A stretch of DNA of 64,000 nucleotides, taken from the NCBI RefSeq assembly GCF_004010195.1, contig NC_057719.1, positions 49,313,336-49,377,335 of the forward strand, written 5' to 3'. This DNA is from Chiloscyllium plagiosum (taxonomy: Eukaryota). Positions 25,389 through 37,700 of this stretch are shown in pieces. Made by a program: the position numbers and the translations under genes. Every line of letters begins with the position of its first letter. The first letter of the stretch is position 1. Under the pieces are notes generated by a model. The model worked only from the letters and a program-made list of their open reading frames with translations, made no database searches and was not told the origin of the DNA.

Positions 25389-26770
25389 TTTGAAGAACAG
25401 ATGAGCAAAACTTGGAGAGAGAGAGACTCAGTAACAATATCAATTAAAGTGGGGACCATTAAGGGAAATTGGATGATGACCAGTTTAGTGAAAATAGGGT
25501 CAAAGGAGCAGGAGGTGGTTTTAATGGACAAGGTGAGCTTGAAGAGAACATGAGGAGAGATGGATTAGAGAATGATATGTGTTTAGGACCAGAGAAAAAA
25601 GGAATATTTAGTAAGGTTTAAGATAAGTGGGTCAAAGGAAGGAAGAACCATGGAGGCGACAGCTGATTGGATAGACAGAACTTTAGAGATAAAGAACTCC
25701 ATGAGCTCATCACTCTTATTGGGATGAGGGGGTTCAAGAAACAGTATGCAGTAGAGAAAAGAAGCTGGATGTTATCTTTGCATTTCAGGATGATCCTGTA
25801 ACAATGAACAAATTCAGCAGGTGACAGCAGTACTGAGAGTGCTCTATGTAGTTCAGCCAGATCTGGCAGGGAATGGCTGAATCAATTATTGCTTGATATG
25901 GCTTTTCAAGTCTGTGTCCCCTGGACTGCAGGGGTTGAAATTGAGGGCCATACTCACTGTTGAAATCAAGTCAATGTGGCTGAGTGCCGAATGACATGTG
26001 GTTGACTGATACTTAATTCTATCACTAGATAACTGTCTGTTCCCTATCCATGCATCTGATACTCAAAACAATCCTGATCTTCAGTGTCTCCTCAAGCTCT
26101 GAGCTTCCAGATTGCTTCAAGCACAGGGACACCTTTTGAAGCAAGTAGATCAACTTTTTAACAAGGGTAAACTGCTTTTAATTAATCTTACTTTTAAGGC
26201 TATGCAGGGATTTGCTAAAGTCCATCGTAATTTCTACCCAATAAGAAAAGTAAGCAAATCTTAAGTAGTATTACTTAATTGAAAGATGAAAGAAAAACAT
26301 TTACATAAGTTTGGTGCAATTTTCCTAATGATTATTCTGGACTAATGTACCAAAATCACTTGAAAAGGCAGAGTATAAAATGGTTGTATGTCTTCTGAAC
26401 ACTGTTGGTAAACACTGTATGCAGATTACGTCAATGAAGACAAGCTTTTTGAAGTGAAATCATCATGATATGCTGCCTTTATTCATTTTTTAACTTATGG
26501 AGTTTACAGCTTAGGGCAAACGATCATTCAATTAAAATGCAGATCACTGCATGTCCCTTTAATCTCCTTTTGGGTCTGAGTCATGAAAAAAAACAGTGAG
26601 AAATGCTGTCTTCAGCTGTCACCAGTGCGAAACAGTGCGCCAACCCCATGTTTACACAAACAGATGTAAAGCTCAGATCTGAGCTGCTGACTGTGAAGGT
26701 GAACAGTGCCACACTACATCTCTCTCTGTCTGTCTGTCTGCCTCCCTGTTGCCCCATCACTTTCCTTCAG

Positions 26771-26788
26771 TCGGCAAAAGGCTCATAG
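26771..26788 (+). other. candidate 18-nt microexon TCGGCAAAAGGCTCATAG
   Basis: About 50-nt pyrimidine tract with UGC motifs ending TTCAG; donor AG|GTGACT; length is a multiple of 3; non-repetitive context. Confidence 0.55.
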
Positions 26789-28644
26789 GTGACTGCTGTA
26801 TTAGGGATCAGCATAAAAGTTCAAACACTTAGCGGTGCATTAGTTTTTGTTATTATTCATGTCTTGTTAATTTGAGCAGAAACAATCATCACATAAGCAG
26901 CCCTTTTCCCACAGAAATGAATGGCAGCCTCTGGAGAGAGACGGCAGCTCCAAACACTTGTGCCACTGACTCTGTACGCTTCACCAGGACGAAGCAAGGG
27001 CCTCATTCCAGCTTTCTGTCTTCCTAATTTTTATTTGCGCAGGGCAGAAAATAAAATCCAATATTTCTCATCCCATGCTGAGATGGGTGTAAAGCAGTGT
27101 ACATTCCAGACTGCAGCATTGACAACTCCTCCCATGGAGGCCTTGCTGCTCATGTCTCAATTTATTTGTGTGCTTCAGAATCACCTGGGCAAAGAGCACA
27201 GGCATCTTTCACCACTTTCATCAGTCAAACTTGACAGCATCTGGGCATTGATTTGGATGGGGTTATAATTTTTCAATCGTAATTGAGTTCACTGTTTTTC
27301 GAATGGTATTTTTGTGTTTTTGCCTTATTAATGTACCAAATTGCTCCTCTAGCTGTTTTATGGAAGAGTTAGCAAAAGCACAGCTTAGCAGTTTGTGTTG
27401 TACCTTTTAATCATCCCTGCAGATGATGAAAACCTATTCCAGTTTGTTCTTGTATGTTCTCCTAGAGGGCCAAAGCACTCTTTTCATATTGAGCCCTTGG
27501 TTTAATTTAAACACATTGTTGCACTAAAGAGGAAGCCTTGATAACTGTTGTGGTGAATAAACATCCAATTCATGCGGGAAATATGAAGTAGTGCTGATTG
27601 CTGATCTCTGACTTACTTAAATACAAACATCGTGATAATTTCTTCACTTAATGAACTCGTAAGACTCAGCTGATTCTTCTGATTGAAATAAGGTGAATGT
27701 AATGTTATGTTTAACACTTTAATTGTTTGATATTCACTTGACAGAAGTATGGCGAATCACTACACAAATTAGTACTTTCTTTTGCTGAAATATACTTCTA
27801 ATTGTGCATAATTCTGACTTTTATTGAATCGTTTGATTTATATTCCCACCATTCTGGGATGAACTGAGCAATATGGATGCAAGGAAAGTCTGTGAAATGA
27901 CACACGTTGTGACGCAATGTGAATCTCTTGCCATTGCTCTGGCTGTGATGCATATGGTGTTTGTATCTGAGAGAGAAAAAAAATCTAGTAGTGGTTCAGT
28001 GGAGACATAAAACAATCAAGTGTTTTCTTTCTTAGAATCTATTGCCTCCCCTGTAACATAGAGATATGGTCAATTTTCTTTGCTCCTCTGATCCTTTTAC
28101 ATTGAAAATCTATGTGTATAGATCTGAATAAATTGCCTCCTTCTGGCAAAATTTGCACTGCAAGTGTTCCCTGTGTAGCTGTTAACCTTTCCTATGTGTA
28201 GACTAGAACATGTGCACAAATGGAAAAATCTAAGCCAAATTCTTCAATGTTAAAAGAACTACAGGGAAGATTTCATAAAGGTACAATTGATATTGTGTTG
28301 ATGGCTTTGCTGCAGAGGTTTTGCTTCTCTCTAAATGTCTTCATTTGTCATTGTTATCAATGTTAGCATTACAATTGTACATGCACTGAATAAAATACTA
28401 CACTGAAATTGCTTCTAAATTGAATTTTGTATAATATTTGTTATAACCAAACCCTCCTCTTCGACTCAGCTGTTGACAGCAGGGTACTCCAGCTCACCTG
28501 AAACTTAAGCTGGTTCCCAGATTAACTGAAATGATAATTTACCATTACATTTACCCCTCCACCTGACTAGACTGCGGGATAGAAATTCAATTCATTTCTA
28601 ATTTAAGTATATATTGGGAAATCTTTCATGTCTTCTACAAATAG

Positions 28645-28692
28645 TCCGAGGAGTGGAAATCTGTTTAGAGGTGGGTTTGGGGCGAATGTGAA
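28645..28692 (+). other. candidate small exon (26 or 48 nt, two alternative donors)
   Basis: Acceptor tctttcatgtcttctacaaatAG; donors AG|GTGGGT (28671) and AA|GTAAGT (28693). Confidence 0.35.
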
Positions 28693-31600
28693 GTAAGTAG
28701 TAAACAGGGGTCAAGTCTGATTACAGCAGAGATTCTTGAGTTTTGTCTTCCCCCAGAAAACCTTAACTCTACTTAATTTTCGATGCTGTTTGTTTCTGAT
28801 TCACTTAATTTAAATAAGCAATAATAACAACAATATTCTTATAATACCAATGTAACTTCTATGGGCCCATACAAATGGAAATAGACAGGTAAGTGGCCAT
28901 GAGCAATTGAAGGAAGCATTCAGAGCCGTACCTGGGGGAGAAAATGATTTTGGGATTTCTTTTTAAAAGGAGTATTAATATGAAAATACAGAGATTGGGA
29001 CTGTCGTGTTATGTCTTACAGCAAATGAGTGGTACATCTTTAAGGGAAATGCTCATGAAGTAATCACCAGGTCGTGGTATTATAAAGCTCTCAGTCTCCA
29101 CTTAATGGGCTCTGTTCTGTGACAGTATGACATGCTGAGGGAGGTTTGCTACAGTACACCTGAATTGTTGCTTCAATTGAACCCGGACATGCAAGTGCCT
29201 GTGAGTGTAGTGTACATGTGTGAATGTCAGGCATTGAACTGAAAGTTCATTGAATTATTCAGTATTACATGATTCACGTCCCATCCTTATATTATGGAAA
29301 CTAATATAAGTATCACAGCATGATTGTGGGAGGGACATCATATCACATGAGGGACCAAAATACACAAAGACCATAGGATTCATTGGTCCCTTGGATATCA
29401 AATAAAATATAATGTTATTTAGCAATCTTAACATTTCCCTCATTCAATCCTTGCGATCCAAATGGCAGGAGATGTAATCCTGGGTGTGGATCACTTAGAC
29501 ACAGTTAGTATTGAAAAATAAAGGAGGCTATAGCACAAGTAATACTCCCATTTTTCTTAATTTAAGTGAATCAAATATTAGACAGGCTCATTTACAGGGT
29601 TTCATTTACAGGTGGATAAAGTTAGTTAAATCCTGGGAAAATCTCACCTTACACATCTCTGCTTTCTGCTCCTTTGTCGAGATGATGCAACACTGGAAAC
29701 ATTTGTCTTATGGTACATTTTATCAGGCCATTTTATACATAACAGCGAGCTATTGAAGCAATTAACTTAGCCTCAATTACTTTTGCTGTGGATCCCTCTC
29801 TAGTAGACAGCAGAAGATACATTTTCCACTTGTTCTCATCAGATGCAGATGTTTGATCTTCTGGAGTGTGTGCTAAGGAATTGTACATCTATTAAATTAA
29901 TGGAAATTTGTAAATCAGTAAACGTGCTGTTAAGTGCTCCCTCTAAGTCAGTGTCTGTGTCAGGAGTGTTCATTCTGTAGCTCCTTAGTCCTAACATCCA
30001 CAATTCTTTATTTTAAATCTGAGCCCAAACCAAAGAAAGTTGAACAATTGTGTGGCTGGTAAATATTTCGGTTGACTTTTCAAATGAAAGTTATCATATT
30101 TACTGCAGTAAAACTGTAAAATATGAGCACTGAAGTAATCTTGTAAGATTAGAGGAAAAGAGGACAAATTATACTTTCTTTTGAAGATACTCTGTACCTT
30201 GAGAGATCTTGTATCATCAGCTGTGGGTTTTAAAGCTCAAATATTAGTATTTTCAAAAAAAAAGTTTTTTTTTACTTCAGCAAATGATCTGTTAAGAAAA
30301 TGCTCAGGAAAAGATGTTCAAAATTCATCTACTGAAATATCTCCAAGAATCTCATTAATTTATAATTTCTTATCTTTCTGAAACACTATAAGATAGTAGT
30401 TATTCAATTTTTATAGGAAACTAAATATGCTTGAGCAACCACTATAAAAATCATTGTTGTAAGGTAACCGTTTTGTATAATGTATCTTTTGCTTTAATGT
30501 TATGACAGAGCCTTGCATCCACTTACATTTTCTGAACCCATGTGTTTAATCCCATGTAGTGACCTGGAGTACAATGGTGATTACATTCAATGCATTGTCA
30601 ATTGATTTGTTAGCCTTACAGTTTCTTCTTTATTTGAATTATCCATTTCTTAAGAATATCTGTGCATGTATTTGATCTTACTAATAGGATTTTACATTTC
30701 TTTGTAAAGTAAGACATCTTTTCAACTTTTTCATTATTGCTTGTTCATTAGCACATATGCCTATAGGCAATTTTGAAAAAAAATTAGGTTAAAAGTAACA
30801 AAATTATGGCCATGAAGTGCACAGTAATTTATAGTATCGTGATTCATTAATTTTACAGATTTAAAAGAGCAAAGGCTGAAATGAGATTGGATTAGGTATA
30901 TCTTTGTACATATTTGTTCTAAGCACCCTAAAGGATTTCTTACTAAGTTGCAGAGTATATTATGTAAATCTGAATACATCTTTAGGTGCCTTGCAGGCTT
31001 GATGAGGTAATGATTTTTAGACGTGACTGATTAAAATATTAAGTACCCATGGCCTAAAGATTTCACCTTTCTCCTTTATAAAAATGATTTGCAATGATGA
31101 AGGAAACATAATGCGAATTACATTTAGAATAATCCTGAGCATGAAATATGGTACAGACTTTTTTTTTATAATGGAGCACTACTTATTTAGTTTGTGAATG
31201 AAAAAAATGAACTCGGCACATTTGAATATAACACTGTGGATAATAGATACAGCTTTCTTTTTAAAGATTTGATGATCACAGAACAAACACTGTATTGCCC
31301 TAAACGTAACAAATCCAATATGGCTGTTTATTTAGTTAAGTATGTACTTTATGTAAGTAAGCAGTCATCGACTAGGAAAGTGACAATCAAAGTTCTGCAG
31401 GATTGATGTTTAAGAAAATAATCCTGAAACTACACTCTACCCACATTATTCTGAGCAACATCCAATGCAAATGCAAATGAATACCTTTCCTCCCCCATCA
31501 ATTTCTCACTATTCACGTATTTCACTAAATTGAGCATGCTAGCTTTCAAATTGACAAAGCAGCTTCTCTAGTTGACTCCAAGAAACTTGAATTTAATCGA

Positions 31601-33798
31601 GGAAATGTTAGAAAACAAGCCAATCCTACCACCTGTAAGAATCCTTTTCATGCCCAGCCAGCTGCTATGACACTCTGTGTGTATATTTCATGTTTTATGT
31701 CAGCAATCAGTTAAGGGGTGGACAAGGAAGAGCATGACTTTGTTGTAAAAGCTGAACATTCAATTTGTAAAGCCAAATCTGCTGACAGGGATGTGAGGAT
31801 GACAAGTGATAGTGTGATCAACAAAAGAAATAATACATTTGGTGGCACTGAACAGACAGCCACCATACAACAAGGGCAAAGAGCCTGACAAAACAAAGAA
31901 AGTGGATAAACATCTCTATGACTCTAAACACTGATTCCAGTAAGTGAGAAACTGCAAGGATATCCAGAAGTTTGTGAAATGATTATTTTTTTTAAAAGAC
32001 CACTTGGAAAATGTTGCATTCCTTATGTGACATATCAACAGTATCAATGTGAGAGAATATTGTGATTTAAAATTCAGGACTTTTTAAACTAACATTTGAA
32101 ATGGTTAAGATTATTATTGCCAAATTCTCCTTTCTTCATGCTGAGTTGATTAGTGTGATAAAAATGCTGGAAAGGACTTGTTTTTCCTCTCTAGTGTCTA
32201 CAATTCAACTTGTGAATTAACCTATACTGCAATTTTGTCAAAGGAAATGTGATAAGGTTTACAAATCGTTGTGAAATTCCCCTGAAGAAGGTGTTAAAAT
32301 GAATGAGAACAGATTTGATTTAATACAGAAGGATGAGTTTGAAGACATCAAAAGTCCCTCTGAAGTGTTTCTATACAAGTTCAAATATCAGTTGAGTGAA
32401 GAGCTATTCACATTATTGTATCTGTATTCTGCCGGGGAAAGGAAATTCTGCAGAGATGTCATCAACTATAGGTACAATACATAGCCCATCTCTCCAAAGA
32501 GCCCAGCTTCCATCGATCCTTCTCCTTCAAAAATCTATAGTATTTTTGTTTCTGAATGAAAACACAATGTATCATTTAATATTGTGCATTGTCTACTGGT
32601 GAGGCTCACAGGATGGACCTATTGCCCTTCCAATACAGTTGGTGCAAGCACATATAATTAACTGAAGAAAGACATTGTGACCTTTACATTGGAAAAACCG
32701 CCACTAACGGAAAAAGTCTCAAAGTTTCCATTAGTGCAGGTGGGTGCATGACAAAACAGAGCTTCCATTATCTGATTAATGCAGTTTTAAATGACACAGC
32801 AACTAACAGCTGCACTGTCCTCTGTGGTTACTTGAAAAGTGCCTGTGGTAGTAGATTGCAAATGCTTGATTAAGGCTATAGGTCTTCATGAACCAGGTTG
32901 CATTACTTAGTCACCATGCCCTTGGTGAACCTGAGCTTCATCGTGCACTGTGTTATGGCCAGCACAATAAACCGGATACACTAGACTTGCCAGCACTTCA
33001 CTGCCTGTGGCATCTGTGCTCTTGGATAGCATCTACCCCCTCTCTCTCTCTGTACACTATGAAAATATTTGTCAGTGACAGCTGCACCCAGGTAGAGTTG
33101 AAAAACGTTCTGTGCTGACCCATCCAAATCTTTTTTTCAATGATTAATATTTGTTTTGTGAGGAACTTTGAAATACTTTGTTTCTACTTCTACAGCATCA
33201 TTCTGCTCAGTTTTATTCAGTTATTGGTTTAACATGTTGTTCACAATGATGCAAACAAGTTTGAGGGGCTTTTTCTCAACAATTTCTTTTTACTCAGTAC
33301 CAAAGTCTCTTTCATTTCATTTCATTTGGCTTGTTCCTTCTTCATTCACATCTTAAATATTAAATCCTGGGGAATGTGTACGATAGAGTTTCCCAGCAGC
33401 CAGTACAGCCAGGCTAAGTGTCATGCAAGTTGAATATGAAGTAAAGCTCGTCCGCTCTATTTGACATCTGCATCTTAATCACAAATTCTGTTAGTATAAT
33501 GTAGTCCATCAGTATGATAATTTTTTTTCTCCTAGCTCATTCATACTCACAGCAGCAATAATGCAGATTCAAATTTGTATTGAGTTATAAGCACTTTGAT
33601 ATACTGTGATTCAACCCATTGAGAACTTGAGTGAATCTACCCAAACTGTCTTCAGGTAAGAGCGTTGGCCAGTTTGAACCCTATTTGTCTGGGCTAGATG
33701 CAAATACTAATACCAGAGACAGCAAACTCCAAATCTGGACCATATTACTGACCTTTATTTTAATTGAGGGATAGATCTAGAAGGAAGCACAACATGTC

Positions 33799-34103
33799 GG
33801 TGGCACGGTGGCACAGTGGTTAGCACTGCTGCCTCACAGCACCAGAGACCTGGGTTCAATTCCCACCTCAGGCGACTGACTGTGTGGACTTTGCACATTC
33901 TTCCCGTGTCTGCGTGGGTTTCCTCTGGTTTCCTCCCACAGTCCAAAAATGTGCAGGTTAGGTGAATTGGCCATGCTAAATTGCCTGTAGTGTTAGGTGA
34001 AGGGGTAAATGTACGGGAATGGGGTCTGGGTGGGTGGCGCTTCAGCGGGTCGGTGTGGACTTGTTGGGCCAAAGGGCCTGTTTCCACACTGTAACTAATC
34101 TAA
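33799..34103 (+). mobile_element. HE1-type SINE
   Basis: Same head, body and tail as the other copies. Confidence 0.92.
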
Positions 34104-34340
34104 TGTGATTGTGCAGGATGCCACTAAGAGGGTAAATGGATTAGGATAGAAAATCAAATAAGCCGAAACTAATCATTGGGTGGCTCCAATTGTGTGTGTG
34201 TGTTTTAAATCTTTGTAAGAGGAAAGAAATACTGAAGGACATAAGTTTGAGAGTTTTTGAATTCCAGGCAAGGTTTCAGTTCAAGGCAGGAGACAGCTCT
34301 GATGCTAAGTAAATTGGACTGATTCTGTCTGAAGCCTAGA

Positions 34341-34714
34341 TTAGACTGGTGCTGGAAAAGCACAGCAGGTCAGGCAGCAACCGAGGAGTAGGAAAATCGA
34401 CATTTTGGACAAAAGCCCTTCATCAGGAATGGAGGCAGGGAGCCTCCAGGGTGGAGAGATAAATGGGAGGGTGGTGGGGTTGGGGAGAAGGTAGCAAAGA
34501 GTACAATGGGTGGGTGGAGGTGGGGATGAAGGTGATAGGTCAGAGAGGAGGGTGGAGCGGATAGGTTGGGAGGGAGATTGGAAGGTAGGACAGGTCATGA
34601 GGATGGTGCTGAGCTGGATGGTTGGAACTGGGGTAAGGTGGGAGGAGGGGAAATGAGGAAACTGGTGAAGTCCACACTGATGCCCTGGGGTTGAAGTGTT
34701 CCGAGATGGAAGAT
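34341..34714 (-). mobile_element. Penelope-like element 3' end (ORF C-terminus, 3' UTR, decayed hammerhead)
   Basis: Minus 34714-34652 translates IFHLGTLQPQGISVDFTSFLI, resembling the PLE GIY-YIG C-terminal motif; CTGATGA..stem..AAAATGTC at about 34398-34427; degenerate 20-bp direct repeat (17/20) at 34321-34340 and 34712-34731. Confidence 0.85.
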
Positions 34715-37700
34715 TCTGTCTGGAGTTTAGACAGATGGGATGTGGATCTAAGGTAAGGTGCCAGGTAGTTGGACTGGCTGGGCACAAGCTGGGAAGTGTA
34801 GCAAGTAAGTGACGGAGTGTTTAGGAATGGGCAGGTGATTTAGCATCAGTTAGCATGAGGCGTGGGAGGTGTTGGGTCCTGGAGGTGTGGGAAGGGTGCC
34901 AGGTCCAGCAGCAGGTGAGAGGTTGGGTATCAGTTGATGTCAGGGGTGCGATGAATAAATGGTGCTAGAAGTGACAGGCTTTGTCAGATTTCATGGTGGG
35001 GAACTTTGGGTTCTGCGGGTAAATGGTGATGTTAGATCCTGGGGTAAAGAAGGAAATTTGGAGAGGGTTTGTTAGGTCCTACGGGCGGGTAGGGTACTGG
35101 GTTCAGGGCAAAGGTAGAAGTGATATTGGGTTGTCGTGGCAGGGAGGGAGTAGAGGGTTATTGTGGGTTAGAGGAGTAGTGAATCCTAGGGCTTGGGATG
35201 TGTTGTTGATGAAGAGTGTGGGTGATCAAGTTGGTGGGGGTGGAGGTTGAGGGGATGGGTGTGAGTGTAATAGTTACTCAAGAGTTAGAGCTTTTAAAAT
35301 TCTAATTTTTCCTGAGTAAATATTTTCTTAACTTCATCAGAAACTCCCCCCAATTCTTCGATTGGAAAGGATAATTTTGGAGGGTTCCAGGCAGAGAGGA
35401 AATGTCCAGCAGAACCTTCAATTTCCTTGGCAATTCCTTTCCAGTCTACTGCATCAGGGATTCCATAGGGTCACAATGCTTACCTTTCATATACTCTGCA
35501 GAACCGATTGTCTGACTGTCATTAGGGTCTCAGGGAGTCAAGCAGTATGCAGAAGGGGCAGGAAAGTGGAAATGAGGCAGGTCAGCCATGCTTGTATTGA
35601 ATACTGGAACAGTCTCAAAGGACCATAGCATCTACTCCTGCTCCTATTTCTTATGGTCTTGAGTTCTTAATTCCACAGTGTAGATGCAAATGTATGTTTA
35701 GAAAGATATAATTATAAATGATCATGCAAAGGGACCTGATAGAGTTTTAGCATTTTATTTACTTTGGGAGCTAAGATTAGACTGTATATTTCAGTTTACT
35801 ATAACATAACCAGTAATGATCTATTTAAATTGAGATTAACTGATCCTTTGGGAATTATAGTAAAAAGCTTTACTGAGTAGCTGTGATTCTTTTCTTTTGT
35901 TCATCAGCAGTCCAGCTCTAGCTGCTTAAATTGGAGGAAGAGTAATTCTGTATTGAACAATGATAAATGTATTTCACTTCTATTTCAACATGCTTCTTGA
36001 GGCTTATGAAAAGGTACATATGGTGAAGATTCCATTCTCCAGCATAAATTACTAAATGAACCAGCCAGCCTGTGTGCTGCAGAAATGCTGTAGTTCAGAG
36101 AATGACAGTCAGCATGCTATGTAAACAATAGTATACATTCGTGCAATGAGTTGTACAATAAGGATGTAACTATTGACAATGATTAATAGCTATTATAATA
36201 TTGGTTCACTAAATAAAAAGGTATGTTCGGAATAATTTTTTTCAGGATGACTGTATTACAAAATTCACAATTTTTCAACATTGATTCATTTTTTAAAGTC
36301 ATTGATAAAACTCCAACTGCCTGAATGGTTTTCCTAAAGGCTCTGGATTCATGGTTTTCATGAGAAATTTTAATAGACATTTGTCAGAAAAGAGTTTTAA
36401 GGATCAAAGATAGAACTGAGATCCAGATCTGCCTTTATCTAATTGCATGGTGGAAGGGACTGGATTGCCTATTTTTGTTCTCAATGTTCATAAGCTTCTG
36501 CAAAACTCATCTTATTGACTGAATTGGGTACCCCAAGTTGAGAACTTCCCAACTCAGCAGATGTACCTCAATATAAAAGTGCCTGTTACATATTACTTTC
36601 ACTGCAGGGGCAGGATCGAACTGGACCTATTGATCCCAGAGGGTGAGTGTTAAGTTGATATTTAGAAGGCCCATCTCAATTCTGTAGCACTTGGTCTTCT
36701 TTGTCTTAGAGGCAGTTAGGCCCTCACACCTTCGTGGTCTATTCACTCCCCATGCACCTTCATGCCAATGCATGCCCTCACACAACCCCAGACTACTTTG
36801 TTGTCATCTCATACTCCAAAGCATACATTATGTCATTTCATATCTCCCTGATGTGTCATAACCACTCATCCATTATTCACTATGGGCAGACTTCAAAACC
36901 AATTGGAGCTTCAAAAAAAAACTTCTAACAATTTATTAACACTGATACAAACTTGATATTCACACTCATCAACTCCATTCAAAAATTTGAAATCTCCTCA
37001 TGCTCACTCTATTGTTAAAAAAAGCTGCGAACTTCCACTTAGTTACTACATCAAAGGATAGTAATACTGCAATCGTTTCTTTAAAGTAGGACTAAAAATG
37101 TCACATCAGAGCCCCCTGCTGAGATACAAATGCTTGAGTTTTCAAAATTTAGCAAGCATTTCTAATGGCCTTTCTGCTTTCGTACCAAGCCTTGGGAAGT
37201 ATCAGCAACGAGGCCTACTGAGGCTGCAGGAATCAATGATAATGGTTTTCTGGATGACTAGTCAGTCAAAGCAATTTAACATCCAATGTATTTATTTTAG
37301 CACTATCTGACAGCGATGCAGTTTTCTTTCATTATTAAAGGGCTGAGGATTTAAATAAACTTACACTATGAAAGTAAACATATTTTAGCCATCGTTCACT
37401 AGCAATTATGCCTATTTTGTAAATTTGTGACTCCCTCAGCCTGGATTAAGACCTTTCAAAAGGCATATTTAAGTTTCATTTAAAATTAGCAATAATTTTA
37501 TAACACCATACTGAGTTTAGAATTGCTATCTGATTCATGCCCCAGTCCTTTCACCCCACTAGCAAAGATAGGACATGCTTGAAATAAGGATAGGATTTCC
37601 ACATCTGAATCTCACCCACCAATTTTAAAGGTATTCTGACCAGCTTGGAACAACAGAAATCTGGCCTGGGCATTTTTGATCTTCTTTCCATTCTCTTCTT

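Noticed and set aside
29126..29200. 75-nt open exon candidate (YDMLREVCYSTPELLLQLNPDMQVP) with GTGAGT donor
   Set aside because: Overlaps what looks like a decayed DeuSINE core (cagtatgacatgctgagggagg); no recognisable protein.
29648..29692. 45-nt minus-strand exon candidate with AG|GTGAG donor
   Set aside because: Almost no pyrimidine tract and no recognisable peptide; expected by chance.
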